Shown piece after piece: positions 1-12,000 of a DNA stretch of 64,000 bases (positions are counted from its first letter, which is position 1; every line of letters begins with the position of its first letter). Source of the DNA: Somniosus microcephalus (taxonomy: Eukaryota); the NCBI GenBank assembly GCA_052327205.1, contig CM126214.1, positions 32,612,001 to 32,676,000 of the forward strand. The letters are read 5' to 3'. A program made the translations under genes and the position numbers. Under the pieces are notes generated by a model. It was not told the DNA's origin. It was given only the letters and a program-made list of their open reading frames with translations, and did not search any database.

Positions 1-3000
1 CAGCATTGACAACAAATTCTATATCAACGCCACCAATTTCACAATCAGAATCATCTTCCCCGACAAGCATGACAGTGAAACTTGCTACAACTGAAACAGG
101 TACGAGTGAAATGATGACACCACAATTTGTAAAACACTGCAAGTAAGGTTATTGAGCTAAGAATTTGTGAAAGGTTGGATTCGAAGGCAAAATTCCCCAG
201 TTCCATGCTCCAGGCAGTTAGACATCTTGAAGGCAGCACTGCTCACAGAGAGGGCTGTAATCCTGATCGTCGAGGCCACAGTCACCTTAACCACAGATTC
301 TCACTGGGGGCTTTGGACTATACAATCTGCCCTAAAAAGATTGCAAATGGATAGAATTCTGTTCTTTCCAAAAAGGAGTTGAGGACAGCTCCATTAACCA
401 TATTCCTTTTCATTTACAGCAAGCATTACACAATTAACATCTACATTGCTCAGTACAACAGAGCCAGCAAATTCATCACCAACACAATCGTCTTCAACAG
501 CAAGCACTACTGTGACATTAAGCACAATGGAAACAAGTAAGTCAAAACAATTATACAACACATTGGGGAACAACAGTTTGCAGTTCTCTCTTTTAATTCA
601 TTGTTTGTTTTACAATGTGGAGTTGCATTAAAGAGAGCAATTTGAAATTCTGAGTCATGCATCAAGAAACTGTATTTGATACGTCCATGCACAACATGGA
701 TTGCAGAAATCACGCGCGTAACTGATACTATTCTTTCAATAGCTGCATCCACTGCAGCCACATCAACTGCTTCTGGGTCAGCAGAAATAACATCTGCACA
801 GGCAACACCTTCATCTGGCAGTACAGTGCAGCCAACAAATTCCATATCAGCAAGACCAAGCTCAGTAACACAATCATCTTCACCAGGAAGCACAACAGTG
901 ACATCAGTTACCAGTGAAACAGGTAGGATGGAAACCATTGCAACACTTTGTCGAACACTATTTGTCATGGCAAGGATTTTAGAAATTCAGAAAAATGGAT
1001 TGAAAAGTTCACAAACATAGATATTACTGTTCTTTCAAATGTAAGAAGGCACACAACACCAGGTTATAGTCCAACAGCTTTATTTGAAATCACAAGCTTT
1101 CGGAGCGCTGCTCCTTCTTCAGGTGAAGTGGAGAAATGCATAAAGGCACAGCTTATATAGTCAGAGAATCATGTCAGATGTTTACAGGTAACCTTTCCAA
1201 CTGCCATTTATCACACCTCGGCAGAGAGATAATCACAGCAGTCAAAGGTGTGAATGGTGTCCAAACAGGTCAGTCAGGGAAACATTACATCAAAGAACAA
1301 TGAGGTGGGGTCACAAGGGGTCAAATATTGCAGATGCTGGGGTCTGTATGAAAAACAAAGGCCATCCCCACGCCTCCACTACTCGCTTTCAAACAGCCGC
1401 CTAACCTCAAACAGACCATCGTTCGCAGCAAATTACCCAGCTTCCAGGAGAACAGCGACCACGACACCACACAACCCTGCCACAGCAACCTCTGCAAGAC
1501 ATGCCAGATCATCAACACAGATACCATCATCACACGTGAGGACACCACCCACCAGGTACATGGTACATACTCATGCGACTCGGCCAACGTTGTCTACCTC
1601 ATACGTTGCAGGAAAGGATGCCCCGGAGCATGGTACATCGGCGAGACCATGCAGACACTGCGACAACGGATGAACGGACACCGCGCAACAATCACCAGGC
1701 AGGAGTGTTCCCTTCCAGTCGGGGAACACTTCAGCAGTCAAGGACATTCAGCCTCCGATCTTCGGGTAAGCATTCTCCAAGGTGGCCTTCGAGACACACG
1801 ACAACGCAAAATCGTCGAGCAGAAACTGATAGCCAAGTTCCACACCCATGAGGACGGCCTCAACCGAGATCTTGGGTTCATGTCACGCTACATGTAACCC
1901 CACCTGATGCAGGGTCATCCAGACTCGAGTCGGCATTGGCTTGTTCTCTCTACACAGATGCGGCCGGACCTGCTGTGATTTCCAGCCAAAAAAAATGTTT
2001 TTTGTCTGTTTTTTTGTTTTTCATACAGACCCCAGCATCTGCAATATTTGACCCCTTGTGACCCCACCTCATTGTTCTTTGATGTAATGTTTCCCTGACT
2101 GACCTGTTTGGACACCATTCACACCTTTGACTGCTGTGATTATCTCTCTGCCGAGGTGTGATAAATGGCAGTTGGAAAGGTTACCTGTAAACATCTGACA
2201 TGATTCTCTGACTATATAAGCTATGTCTTTATGCATTTCTCCACTTCACCTGAAGAAGGAGCAGCGCTCCGAAAGCTTGTGATTTCAAATAAAGCTGTTG
2301 GACTATAACCTGGTGTTGTGTGACTTCTTACATTTGTCCACCCCAGTCCAACTCCGGCATCTCCACACCATGGCTACTATCAACAGCACAAACTGCCGGC
2401 TCAAAGTGGAGAGGATCTCCAAGAAGATCGCGCATATCGACACAGACATCAAGTTTCTACAGAGTTGCAAGAAAGCAGACAAGATCCCGAAAGGACTACA
2501 GATCACTAACCCACTCAAGTCGACCGACAACACAGACTACGCTGAGAGACTCTGCCGTCGTACCTCTCGCACACTCCTCAACCATCTCGTACACCAGCTC
2601 TACAGCAGACGCCGCAACCTCGAAACCGAGATGGAGTCCATGTTCTCAGCCTGTGCTCAGGACGCAGCAGACCAGCTACGAGACACCGCCAAACAAACAA
2701 GGCAACGGAACTACGCTACCTACATGCACACCAAGAACAGGAAGCTTGAGAAACTTGGCATCACCAGCAGCAGCAACCAAGCCTCCCCCGGTACCATGGT
2801 TGAAACCACAGGGAAATCCATCATCAACCTGTCCGACCACACCCTTCAACCAGACGAAATTGAAGTTCTCAGCCGAGGGCTCAATTTCTGCCCACCACCA
2901 AAATGGACCCCATCGGTCTCGCGGCAGACGCAGAGGAATTCATCAGGAGAATGAGGCTCCGGGAATTCTTCCACAAATCCCAAGATGTCAGCAGCGAACC

Positions 3001-6000
3001 CAATGAGACAATCAATGATCCGGAACAGCAGACAGAGGGATCCGCAGTGCAGCGACCGAAGAAGAAAGAGTCAAATTGGACCCCTCCGGAGGGTCGCTGC
3101 CCTAAGCTTGACATGTATGCTCAAGCTGTCAGGAGATGCATCAACGCCAGATTCATCAGCCGCACTCACAAGACAGTCCAGAATGTCACCCGAGCACAAC
3201 GCAACGCCATCCACGCTCTCAAGACCAACCGCAACATCGTCATCAAACCAGCAGACAAAGGAGGTGCCATCGTCATACAGAACAGAACGGACTATTGCAA
3301 AGAAGTATACCGACAACTGGACAACCAGGAACACTACAGACAGTTACCCGCAGATCCGACCAAAGAACACACCCGCCAACTCAACAGGCTGATCAAAACC
3401 TTCGATCCAGACCTTCAAAGCATCCTACATGCTCTCATCCCACGTACTCCCCGCGTGGGAGACTTCTACTGCCTCCCAAAGATATACAAAGCCAACACAC
3501 CTGGACGTCCTATCGCATCAGGCAACGGAACCCTGTGTGAGAACCTCTCTGGATATGTCGAGGGCATCCTGAAACCCATTGTACAGGGAACCCCCAGCTT
3601 CTGTCGCGACACTACAGACTTCTTACAGAAGCTCAGCACCCACAGACCAGTTGAACCAGGAACACTCCTCGCCACGATGGACGTCTCGGCACTCTACACC
3701 AGTATCCCCCACGACGACGGCATCGCTGCGACAGCCTCAGTACTCAACACCAACAACAGCCAATCTCCAGACGCCATCCTACAACTCATCCGCTTCATCC
3801 TTGACCACAATGTCTTCACCTTCGACAACCAGTTCTTTACCCAAACACACGGAACAGCCATGGGGACCAAATTCGCACCCCAATACGCAAACATCTTCAT
3901 GCACAAGTTCGAGCAAGACTTCTTCGCTGCACAGGATCTCCAACCAACGCTATACACCAGATACATCGACGACATTTTCTTCCTATGGACCCACGGCGAA
4001 GAATCACTGAAAAGACTACACGATAACATCAACAAGTTCCATCCCACCATCAAACTCACCATGGACTACTCCTCAGAATCAGTCTCATTCCTGGACACAC
4101 GAATCTCCATCAAAGACGGACACCTCAGCACTTCACTCTACCGCAAGCCCACGGACAACCTCACGATCCTTCACTTCGCCAGCTTCCACCCTAACCACGT
4201 TAAAGAAGCCATCCCCTGTGGACAATCCCTGCGAATACACAGGATCTGCTCAGACAAGGAGGAACGCGATGGACACCTACAGACACTGAAAGACGCCCTT
4301 GTAAGAACGGGATATGACGCTCGACTCGTCGAGCGACAGTTCTGACGGGCCACAGCGAAAAATCGCATAGACCTCCTCAGAAGACAAACATGGGACACAA
4401 CCAACAGAGTACCCTTCGTCGTCCAGTACTTCCCCGGAGCGGAGAAACTACGCCATGTTCTTCGCAGCCTTCAACATGTCATCGATGACGATGAACACTT
4501 CGCTAAGGCCATCCCCACGCCTCCACTACTCGCTTTCAAACAGCCGCCTAACCTCAAACAGACCATCGTTCGCAGCAAATTACCCAGCTTCCAGGAGAAC
4601 AGCGACCACGACACCACACAACCCTGCCACAGCAACCTCTGCAAGACATGCCAGATCATCAACACAGATACCATCATCACACGTGAGGACACCACCCACC
4701 AGGTACATGGTACATACTCATGTGGCTCGGCCAACGTTGTCTACCTCATACTTTGCAGGAAAGGATGCCCCGGAGCATGGTACATCGGCGAGACCATGCA
4801 GACACTGCGACAACGGATGAACGGACACCGCGCAACAATCACCAGGCAGGAGTGTTCCCTCCCAGTCGGGGAACACTTCAGCAGTCAAGGACATTCAGCC
4901 TCCGATCTTCGGGTAAGCATTCTCCAAGGTGGCCTTCGAGACACACGACAACGCAAAATCGTCGAGCAGAAACTGATAGCCAAGTTCCGCACCCATGAGG
5001 ACGGCCTCAACCGAGATCTTGGGTTCATGTCACGCTACATGTAACCCCACCTGATGCAGGGTCATCCAGACTCGAGTCGGCATTGGCTTGTTCTCTCTAC
5101 ACAGATGCGGCCGGACCTGCTGTGATTTCCAGCCAAAAAAAATGTTTTTTGTCTGTTTTTTTGTTTTTCATACAGACCCCAGCATCTGCAATATTTGACC
5201 CCTTGTGACCCCACCTCATTGTTCTTTGATGTAATGTTTCCCTGACTGACCTGTTTGGACACCATTCACACCTTTGACTGCTGTGATTATCTCTCTGCCG
5301 AGGTGTGATAAATGGCAGTTGGAAAGGTTACCGGTAAACATCTGACATGATTCTCTGACTATATAAGCTGTGTCTTTATGCATTTCTCCACTTCACCTGA
5401 AGAAGGAGCAGCGCTCCGAAAGCTTGTGATTTCAAATAAAGCTGTTGGACTATAACCTGGTGTTGTGTGACTTTATACATTTGTCCACCCCAGTCCAACT
5501 CCGGCATCTCCACACCATGTTCTTTCAAAAGGTGCATCAAGTGTAGCAGCATCAACTCCAATCACATCATCTCCAGAAAAAACTCCACATTCATCTGTGT
5601 TGCCCGTCAGTACAAGAGAGACTACAAATTCCCTACCAACACAATCGTCTCCATTAACAAGCAGTACTGGAACATTATTCACAACTGAAACAAGTAAGAC
5701 AAAGTCATTTATGCAATACATGGGGTACAATATGGAATTTACGGCCCAGAAAAATAAAAGCTTTTGTTCTTTCTAAAGGTGGGTCAAGTACAGTGCGATC
5801 ATCTGCCATTGTGTCAACTCCATCATCTCCAATGTCAACATTGTCATCTTCTGGTACAGCAGTGACAACAAATTCTATATCAACGCTACCAATTTCACAA
5901 TCAGAATCATCTTCCCCGACAAGCACGACAGTGACACTTGCTACAACTGAAACAGGTACGAGTGAAATGATGACACCACAATTTGTAAAACACTGCAAGT

Positions 6001-9000
6001 AAGGTTATTGAGCTAAGAATTTGTGAAAGGTTGGATTCGAAGGCAAAATTCCCCAGTTCCATGCTCCAGGCAGTTAGACATCTTGAAGGCAGCACTGCTC
6101 AAAGAGAGGGCTGTAATCCTCATCGTTGAGGCCACAGTCACCTTAACCACAGTTTCTCACTGGGGGCTTTGGACTATACAATCTGCCCTATAAAGATTGC
6201 AAAGGGATAGAATTCCATTCTTTCCAAAAAGGAGTTGAGGACAGCTCCATTAATCATATTCCTTTTCATTTACAGCAAGCATTACACAGTTAACATCTAC
6301 ATTGCTCAGTACAACAGAGCCAGCAAATTCATCACCAACGCAATCGTCTTCAACAGCAAGCACTACTGTGACATTAAGCACAACGGAAACAAGTAAGTCA
6401 AAACAATTATACAACACATTGGGGAACAACAGTTTGCAGTTCTCTCTTTTAATTCATTGTTTGTTTTACAATGTGGAGTTGCATTAAAGAGAGCAAGTTG
6501 AAATTCGGAGTCATGCATCAAGAAACTGTGTTTGATACGTCCATGCACAACATGGATTGCAGAATTCACGCGCATAACTGATTCTATTCTTTCAATAGGT
6601 GCATCAACTGCAGCCACATCAACTACTTCTGGGTCAGCAGAAATAACATCTGCACAGGCAACACCTTCATCTGGCAGTACAGTGCAGCCAACAAATTCCA
6701 TATCAACAAGACCAAGCTCAGTAACACAATCATCTTCACCAGGAAGCACAACAGTGACATCAGTTACCAGTGAAACAGGTAGGATGGAAACCATTGCAAC
6801 ACTTTGTCGAACACTATTTGTCACGGCAAGGATTTTAGAAGTTCAGAAAAATGGATTGAAAAGTTCACAAACATAGATATTACTGTTCTTTCAAAAGGTG
6901 CATCAAGTGTAGCAGCATCAACTCCAATCACATCATCTCCAGAAAAAACTCCACATTCATCTGTGTTGCCCGTCAGTACAAAAGAGACAACAAATTCCCC
7001 ACCAACACAATCGTCTCCATTAACAAGCAGTACTGGAACATTATTCACAACTGAAACAAGTAAGACAAAGTCAATTATGAAGTACATGGTGTACAAGATG
7101 GAATTTACGGCCCAGAAAAATAAAAGCTTTTTTTCGTTCTAAAGGTGGGTCAAGTACAGTGCGATCATCTGCCATTGTGTCAACTCCATCATCTCCACTG
7201 TCAACATTGTCATCTTCTGGTACAGCAGTGAAAATAAATTCTATATCAACGCCACCAATTTCACAACCAGAATCATCTTCCCCGACAAGCACGACAGTGA
7301 CACTTGCGACAACTGAAACAGGTACGAGTGAAATGATGACACCACAATTTGTAAAACACTGCAAGTAAGGTTATTGAGATAAGAATTTGTGAAAGGTTGG
7401 ATTCGAAGGCAAAATTCCCCAGTTCCATGCTCGAGGCAGTTAGACGTCTTGAAGGCAGCACTGCTCAAAGAGAGGGCTGTAATCCTGATCGTCGAGGCCA
7501 CAGTCACCTTAACCACAGATTCTCACTGGGGGCTTTGGAATACACAATCTGCCTTATAAAGATTGCAAAGGGATAGAATTCCGTTCATTCCAAAAAGGAG
7601 TTGAGGACAGCTCCATTAACCATATTCCTTTTCATTTACAGCAAGCATTACACAATTAACATCTACATTGCTCAGTACAACAGAGCCAGCAAATTCATCA
7701 CCAACACAATCGTCTTCAACAGCAAGCACTACTGTGACATTAAGCACAATGGAAACAAGTAAGTCAAAACAATTATGCAACACATTGGGGAACAACAGAT
7801 TGCAGTTCTCTCTTTTAATTCATTGTTTGTTTTACAATGTGGAGTTGCATTAAAGAGAGCAAGTTGAAATTCTGAGTCATGCATCAGAAACTGTATTTGA
7901 TACGTCCATGCACAACATGGATTGCAGAATTCACGCGCATAACTGATACTATTCTTTCAATAGGTGCATCAACTGCAGCCACATCAACTACTTCTGGGTC
8001 AGCAGAAATAACATCTGCACAGGCAACACCTTCATCTGGCAGTACAGTGCAGCCAACAAATTCCATATCAAGAAGACCAAGCTCAGTAACACAATCACCT
8101 TCACCAGGAAGCACAACAGTGATATCAGTTACCAGTGAAAAAGGTAGGATGGAAACCATTGCAGCATTTTGTCGAACACTATTTGTCACGGCAAGGCTTT
8201 TAGAAATTCAGAAAAATGGATTGAAAAGTTCGCAAACATAGATATTATTATTGTTCTTTCAAAAGGTGCATCAAGTGTAGCAGCATCAACTCCAATCACA
8301 TCATCTCCAGAAAAAACTCCACATTCATCTGTGTTGCCCGTCAGTACAAAAGAGACAACAAATTCCCCACCAACACAATCGTCTCCATTAACAAGCAGCA
8401 CTGGAACATTATTCACAACTGAAACAAGTAAGGCAAAGTCAATTATGAAATACATGGTGTACAAGATGGAATTTACGGCCCAGAAAAATAAAAGCTTTTT
8501 TTCTTTCTAAAGGTGGGTCAAGTACAGTGCGATCATCTGCCATTGTGTCAAGTCCATCATCTCCACTGTCAACATTGTCATCTTCTGGTACAGCAGTGAC
8601 AATAAATTCTATATCAACGCCACCAATTTCACAACCAGAATCATCTTCCCCGACAAGCACTACATTGACATTTGCTACAACTGAAACAGGTACGAGTGAA
8701 ATGATGACACCACAATTTGTAAAACACTGCAAGTAAGGTTATTGAGCTGAGAATTTGTGAAAGGTTGGATTCGAAGGCAAAATTCCCCAGTTCCATGCTT
8801 CAGGCAGTTAGACGTCTTGAAGTCAGCACTGCTCACAGAGAGGGCTGTAATCCTGATCGTCAAGGCCACAGTCACCTTAACCACAGATTCTCACTGGGGG
8901 CTTTGGAATATACAATCTGCCCTATAAAGATTGCAAAGGGATAGAATTCCGTTCTTTCCAAAAAGGAGTTGAGGACAGCTCCATTAACCATATTCCTTTT

Positions 9001-12000
9001 CATTTACAGCAAGCATTACACAGTTAACATCTACATTGCTCAGTACAACAGAGCCAGCAAATTCATCACCAACGCAATCGTCTTCAACAGCAAGCACTAC
9101 TGTGAGATTAAGCACAACGGAAACAAGTAAGTCAAAACAATTATACAACACATTGGGGAACAACAGTTTGCAGTTCTCTCTTTTAATTCATTGTTTGTTT
9201 TACAATGTGGAGTTGCATTAAAGAGAGCAAGTTGAAATTCTGAGTCATGCATCAAGAAACTGTGTTTGATACGTCCATGCACAACATGGATTGCAGAATT
9301 CACGCGCATAACTGATTCTATTCTTTCAATAGGTGCATCAACTGCAGCCACATCAACTACTTCTGGGTCAGCAGAAATAACATCTGCACAGGCAACACCT
9401 TCATCTGGCAGTACAGTGCAGCCAACAAATTCCATATCAACAAGACCAAGCTCAGTAACACAATCATCTTCACCAGGAAGCACAACAGTGACATCAGTTA
9501 CCAGTGAAACAGGTAGGATGGAAACCATTGCAACACTTTGTCGAACACTATTTGTCACGGCAGGGATTTTAGAAGTTCAGAAAAATGGATTGAAAAGTTC
9601 ACAAACATAGATATTACTGTTCTTTCAAAAGGTGCATCAAGTGTTGCAGCATCAACTCCAATCACATCATCTCCAGAAAAAACTCCACATTTATCTGTGT
9701 TGCCCGTCAGTACAAAAGAGACAACAAATTCCCCACCAACACAATCGTCTCCATTAACAAGCAGTACTGGAACATTATTCACAACTGAAACAAGTAAGAC
9801 AAAGTCAATTATGAAATACATGGTGTACAAGATGGAATTTACGGCCCAGAAAAATAAAAGCTTTTTTTCGTTCTAAAGGTGGGTCAAGTACAGTGCGATC
9901 ATCTGCCATTGTGTCAACTCCATCATCTCCACTGTCAACATTGTCATCTTCTGGTACAGCAGTGACAATAAATTCTATATCAACGCCACCAATTTCACAA
10001 CCAGAATCATCTTCCCCGACAAGCACGACAGTGACACTTGCTACAACTGAAACAGGTACGAGTGAAATGATGACACCACAATTTGTAAAACACTGCAAGT
10101 AAGGTTATTGAGATAAGAATTTGTGAAAGGTTGGATTCGAAGGCAAAATTCCCCAGTTCCATGCTCCAGGCAGTTAGACGTCTTGAAGGCAGCACTGCTC
10201 AAAGAGAGGGCTGTAATCCTGATCGTCGAGGCCACAGTCACCTTAACCACAGATTCTCACTGGGGGCTTTGGAATACACAATCTGCCTTATAAAGATTGC
10301 AAAGGGATAGAATTCCGTTCTTTCCAAAAAGGAGTTGAGGACAGCTCCATTAACCATATTCCTTTTCATTTACAGCAAGCATTACACAATTAACATCTAC
10401 ATTGCTCAGTACAACAGAGCCAGCAAATTCATCACCAACGCAATCGTCTTCAACAGCAAGCACTACTGTGAGATTAAGCACAACGGAAACAAGTAAGTCA
10501 AAACAATTATACAACACATTGGGGAACAACAGTTTGCAGTTCTCTCTTTTAATTCATTGTTTGTTTTACAATGTGGAGTTGCATTAAAGAGAGCAAGTTG
10601 AAATTCTGAGTCATGCATCAAGAAACTGCGTTTGATACGTCCATGCACAACATGGATTGCAGAATTCACGCGCATAACTGATTCTATTCTTTCAATAGGT
10701 GCATCAACTGCAGCCACATCAACTACTTCTGGGTCAGCAGAAATAACATCTGCACAGGCAACACCTTCATCTGGCAGTACAGTGCAGCCAACAAATTCCA
10801 TATCAACAAGACCAAGCTCAGTAACACAATCATCTTCACCAGGAAGCACAACAGTGACATCAGTTACCAGTGAAACAGGTAGGATGGAAACCATTGCAAC
10901 ACTTTGTCGAACACTATTTGTCACGGCAAGGATTTTAAAAGTTCAGAAAAATGGATTGAAAAGTTCACAAACATAGATATTACTGTTCTTTCAAAAGGTG
11001 CATCAAGTGTAGCAGCATCAACTCCAATCACATCATCTCTAGAAAAAACTCCACATTCATCTGTGTTGCCCGTCAGTACAAAAGAGACAACAAATTCCCC
11101 ACCAACACAATCGTCTCCATTAACAAGCAGTACTGGAACATTATTCACAACTGAAACAAGTAAGACAAAGTCAATTATGAAATACATGGTGTACAAGATG
11201 GAATTTACGGCCCAGAAAAATAAAAGCTTTTTTTCGTTCTAAAGGTGGGTCAAGTACAGTGCGATCATCTGCCATTGTGTCAACTCCATCATCTCCACTG
11301 TCAACATTGTCATCTTCTGGTACAGCAGTGACAATAAATTCTATATCAACGCCACCAATTTCACAACCAGAATCATCTTCCCCGACAAGCACGACAGTGA
11401 CACTTGCTACAACTGAAACAGGTACGAGTGAAATGATGACACCACAATTTGTAAAACACTGCAAGTAAGGTTATTGAGCTAAGAATTTGTGAAAGGTTGG
11501 ATTCGAAGGCAAAATTCCCCAGTTCCATGCTCCAGGCAGTTAGACGTCTTGAAGGCAGCACTGCTCAAAGAGAGGGCTGTAATCCTGATCGTCGAGGCCA
11601 CAGTCACCTTAACCACAGATTCTCACTGGGGGCTTTGGAATACACAATCTGCCTTATAAAGATTGCAAAGGGATAGAATTCCGTTCTTTCCAAAAAGGAG
11701 TTGAGGACAGCTCCATTAACCATATTCCTTTTCATTTACAGCAAGCATTACACAGTTAACATCTACATTGCTCAGTACAACAGAGCCAGCAAATTCATCA
11801 CCAACGCAATCGTCTTCAACAGCAAGCACTACTGTGAGATTAAGCACAACGGAAACAAGTAAGTCAAAACAATTATACAACACATTGGGGAACAACAGTT
11901 TGCAGTTCTCTCTTTTAATTCATTGTTTGTTTTACAATGTGGAGTTGCATTAAAGAGAGCAAGTTGAAATTCTGAGTCATGCATCAAGAAACTGTGTTTG

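Larger units (their letters stand above)
1040..5517 (+). mobile_element. Penelope-like retroelement (probably Neptune clade) with partial-tandem structure and inverted 5' pLTR
   Basis: 12-bp TSD tgttctttcaaa at 1028-1039 and 5518-5529. Segment 1360-2370 directly repeats 4507-5517 (offset 3147). Segment 1040-1359 is an inverted copy of ~2012-2331. RT plus C-terminal GIY-YIG, with a Cys linker CHSNLCKTC. Confidence 0.93.

Noticed and set aside
1360-5517. LTR retrotransposon suggested by ~1-kb direct repeats
   Set aside because: The repeat includes the endonuclease coding region, lacks TG...CA ends, PBS and integrase, and fits Penelope partial-tandem pLTRs.
6363-7364. Recurrent minus-strand ORFs (153, 91, 97 aa; Val/Asp/Gly-rich) in every unit
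   Set aside because: These are antisense shadows of Ser/Thr codons. They are broken by intronic indels and TE insertions and have no recognisable domain.
6302-7368. Plus-strand ORFs (61, 114, 112, 69 aa) as separate small genes
   Set aside because: They mostly use non-ATG starts and S/T-rich composition ends at splice motifs. They are exons plus intronic read-through.
7390-7530. Possible fifth, decayed exon in the D-A intron (gaaag|gt..., acagtcaccttaaccaca resembling TVTLST)
   Set aside because: No polypyrimidine tract, no donor at the expected place, and the peptide is not S/T-rich. Similarity is too short to support.
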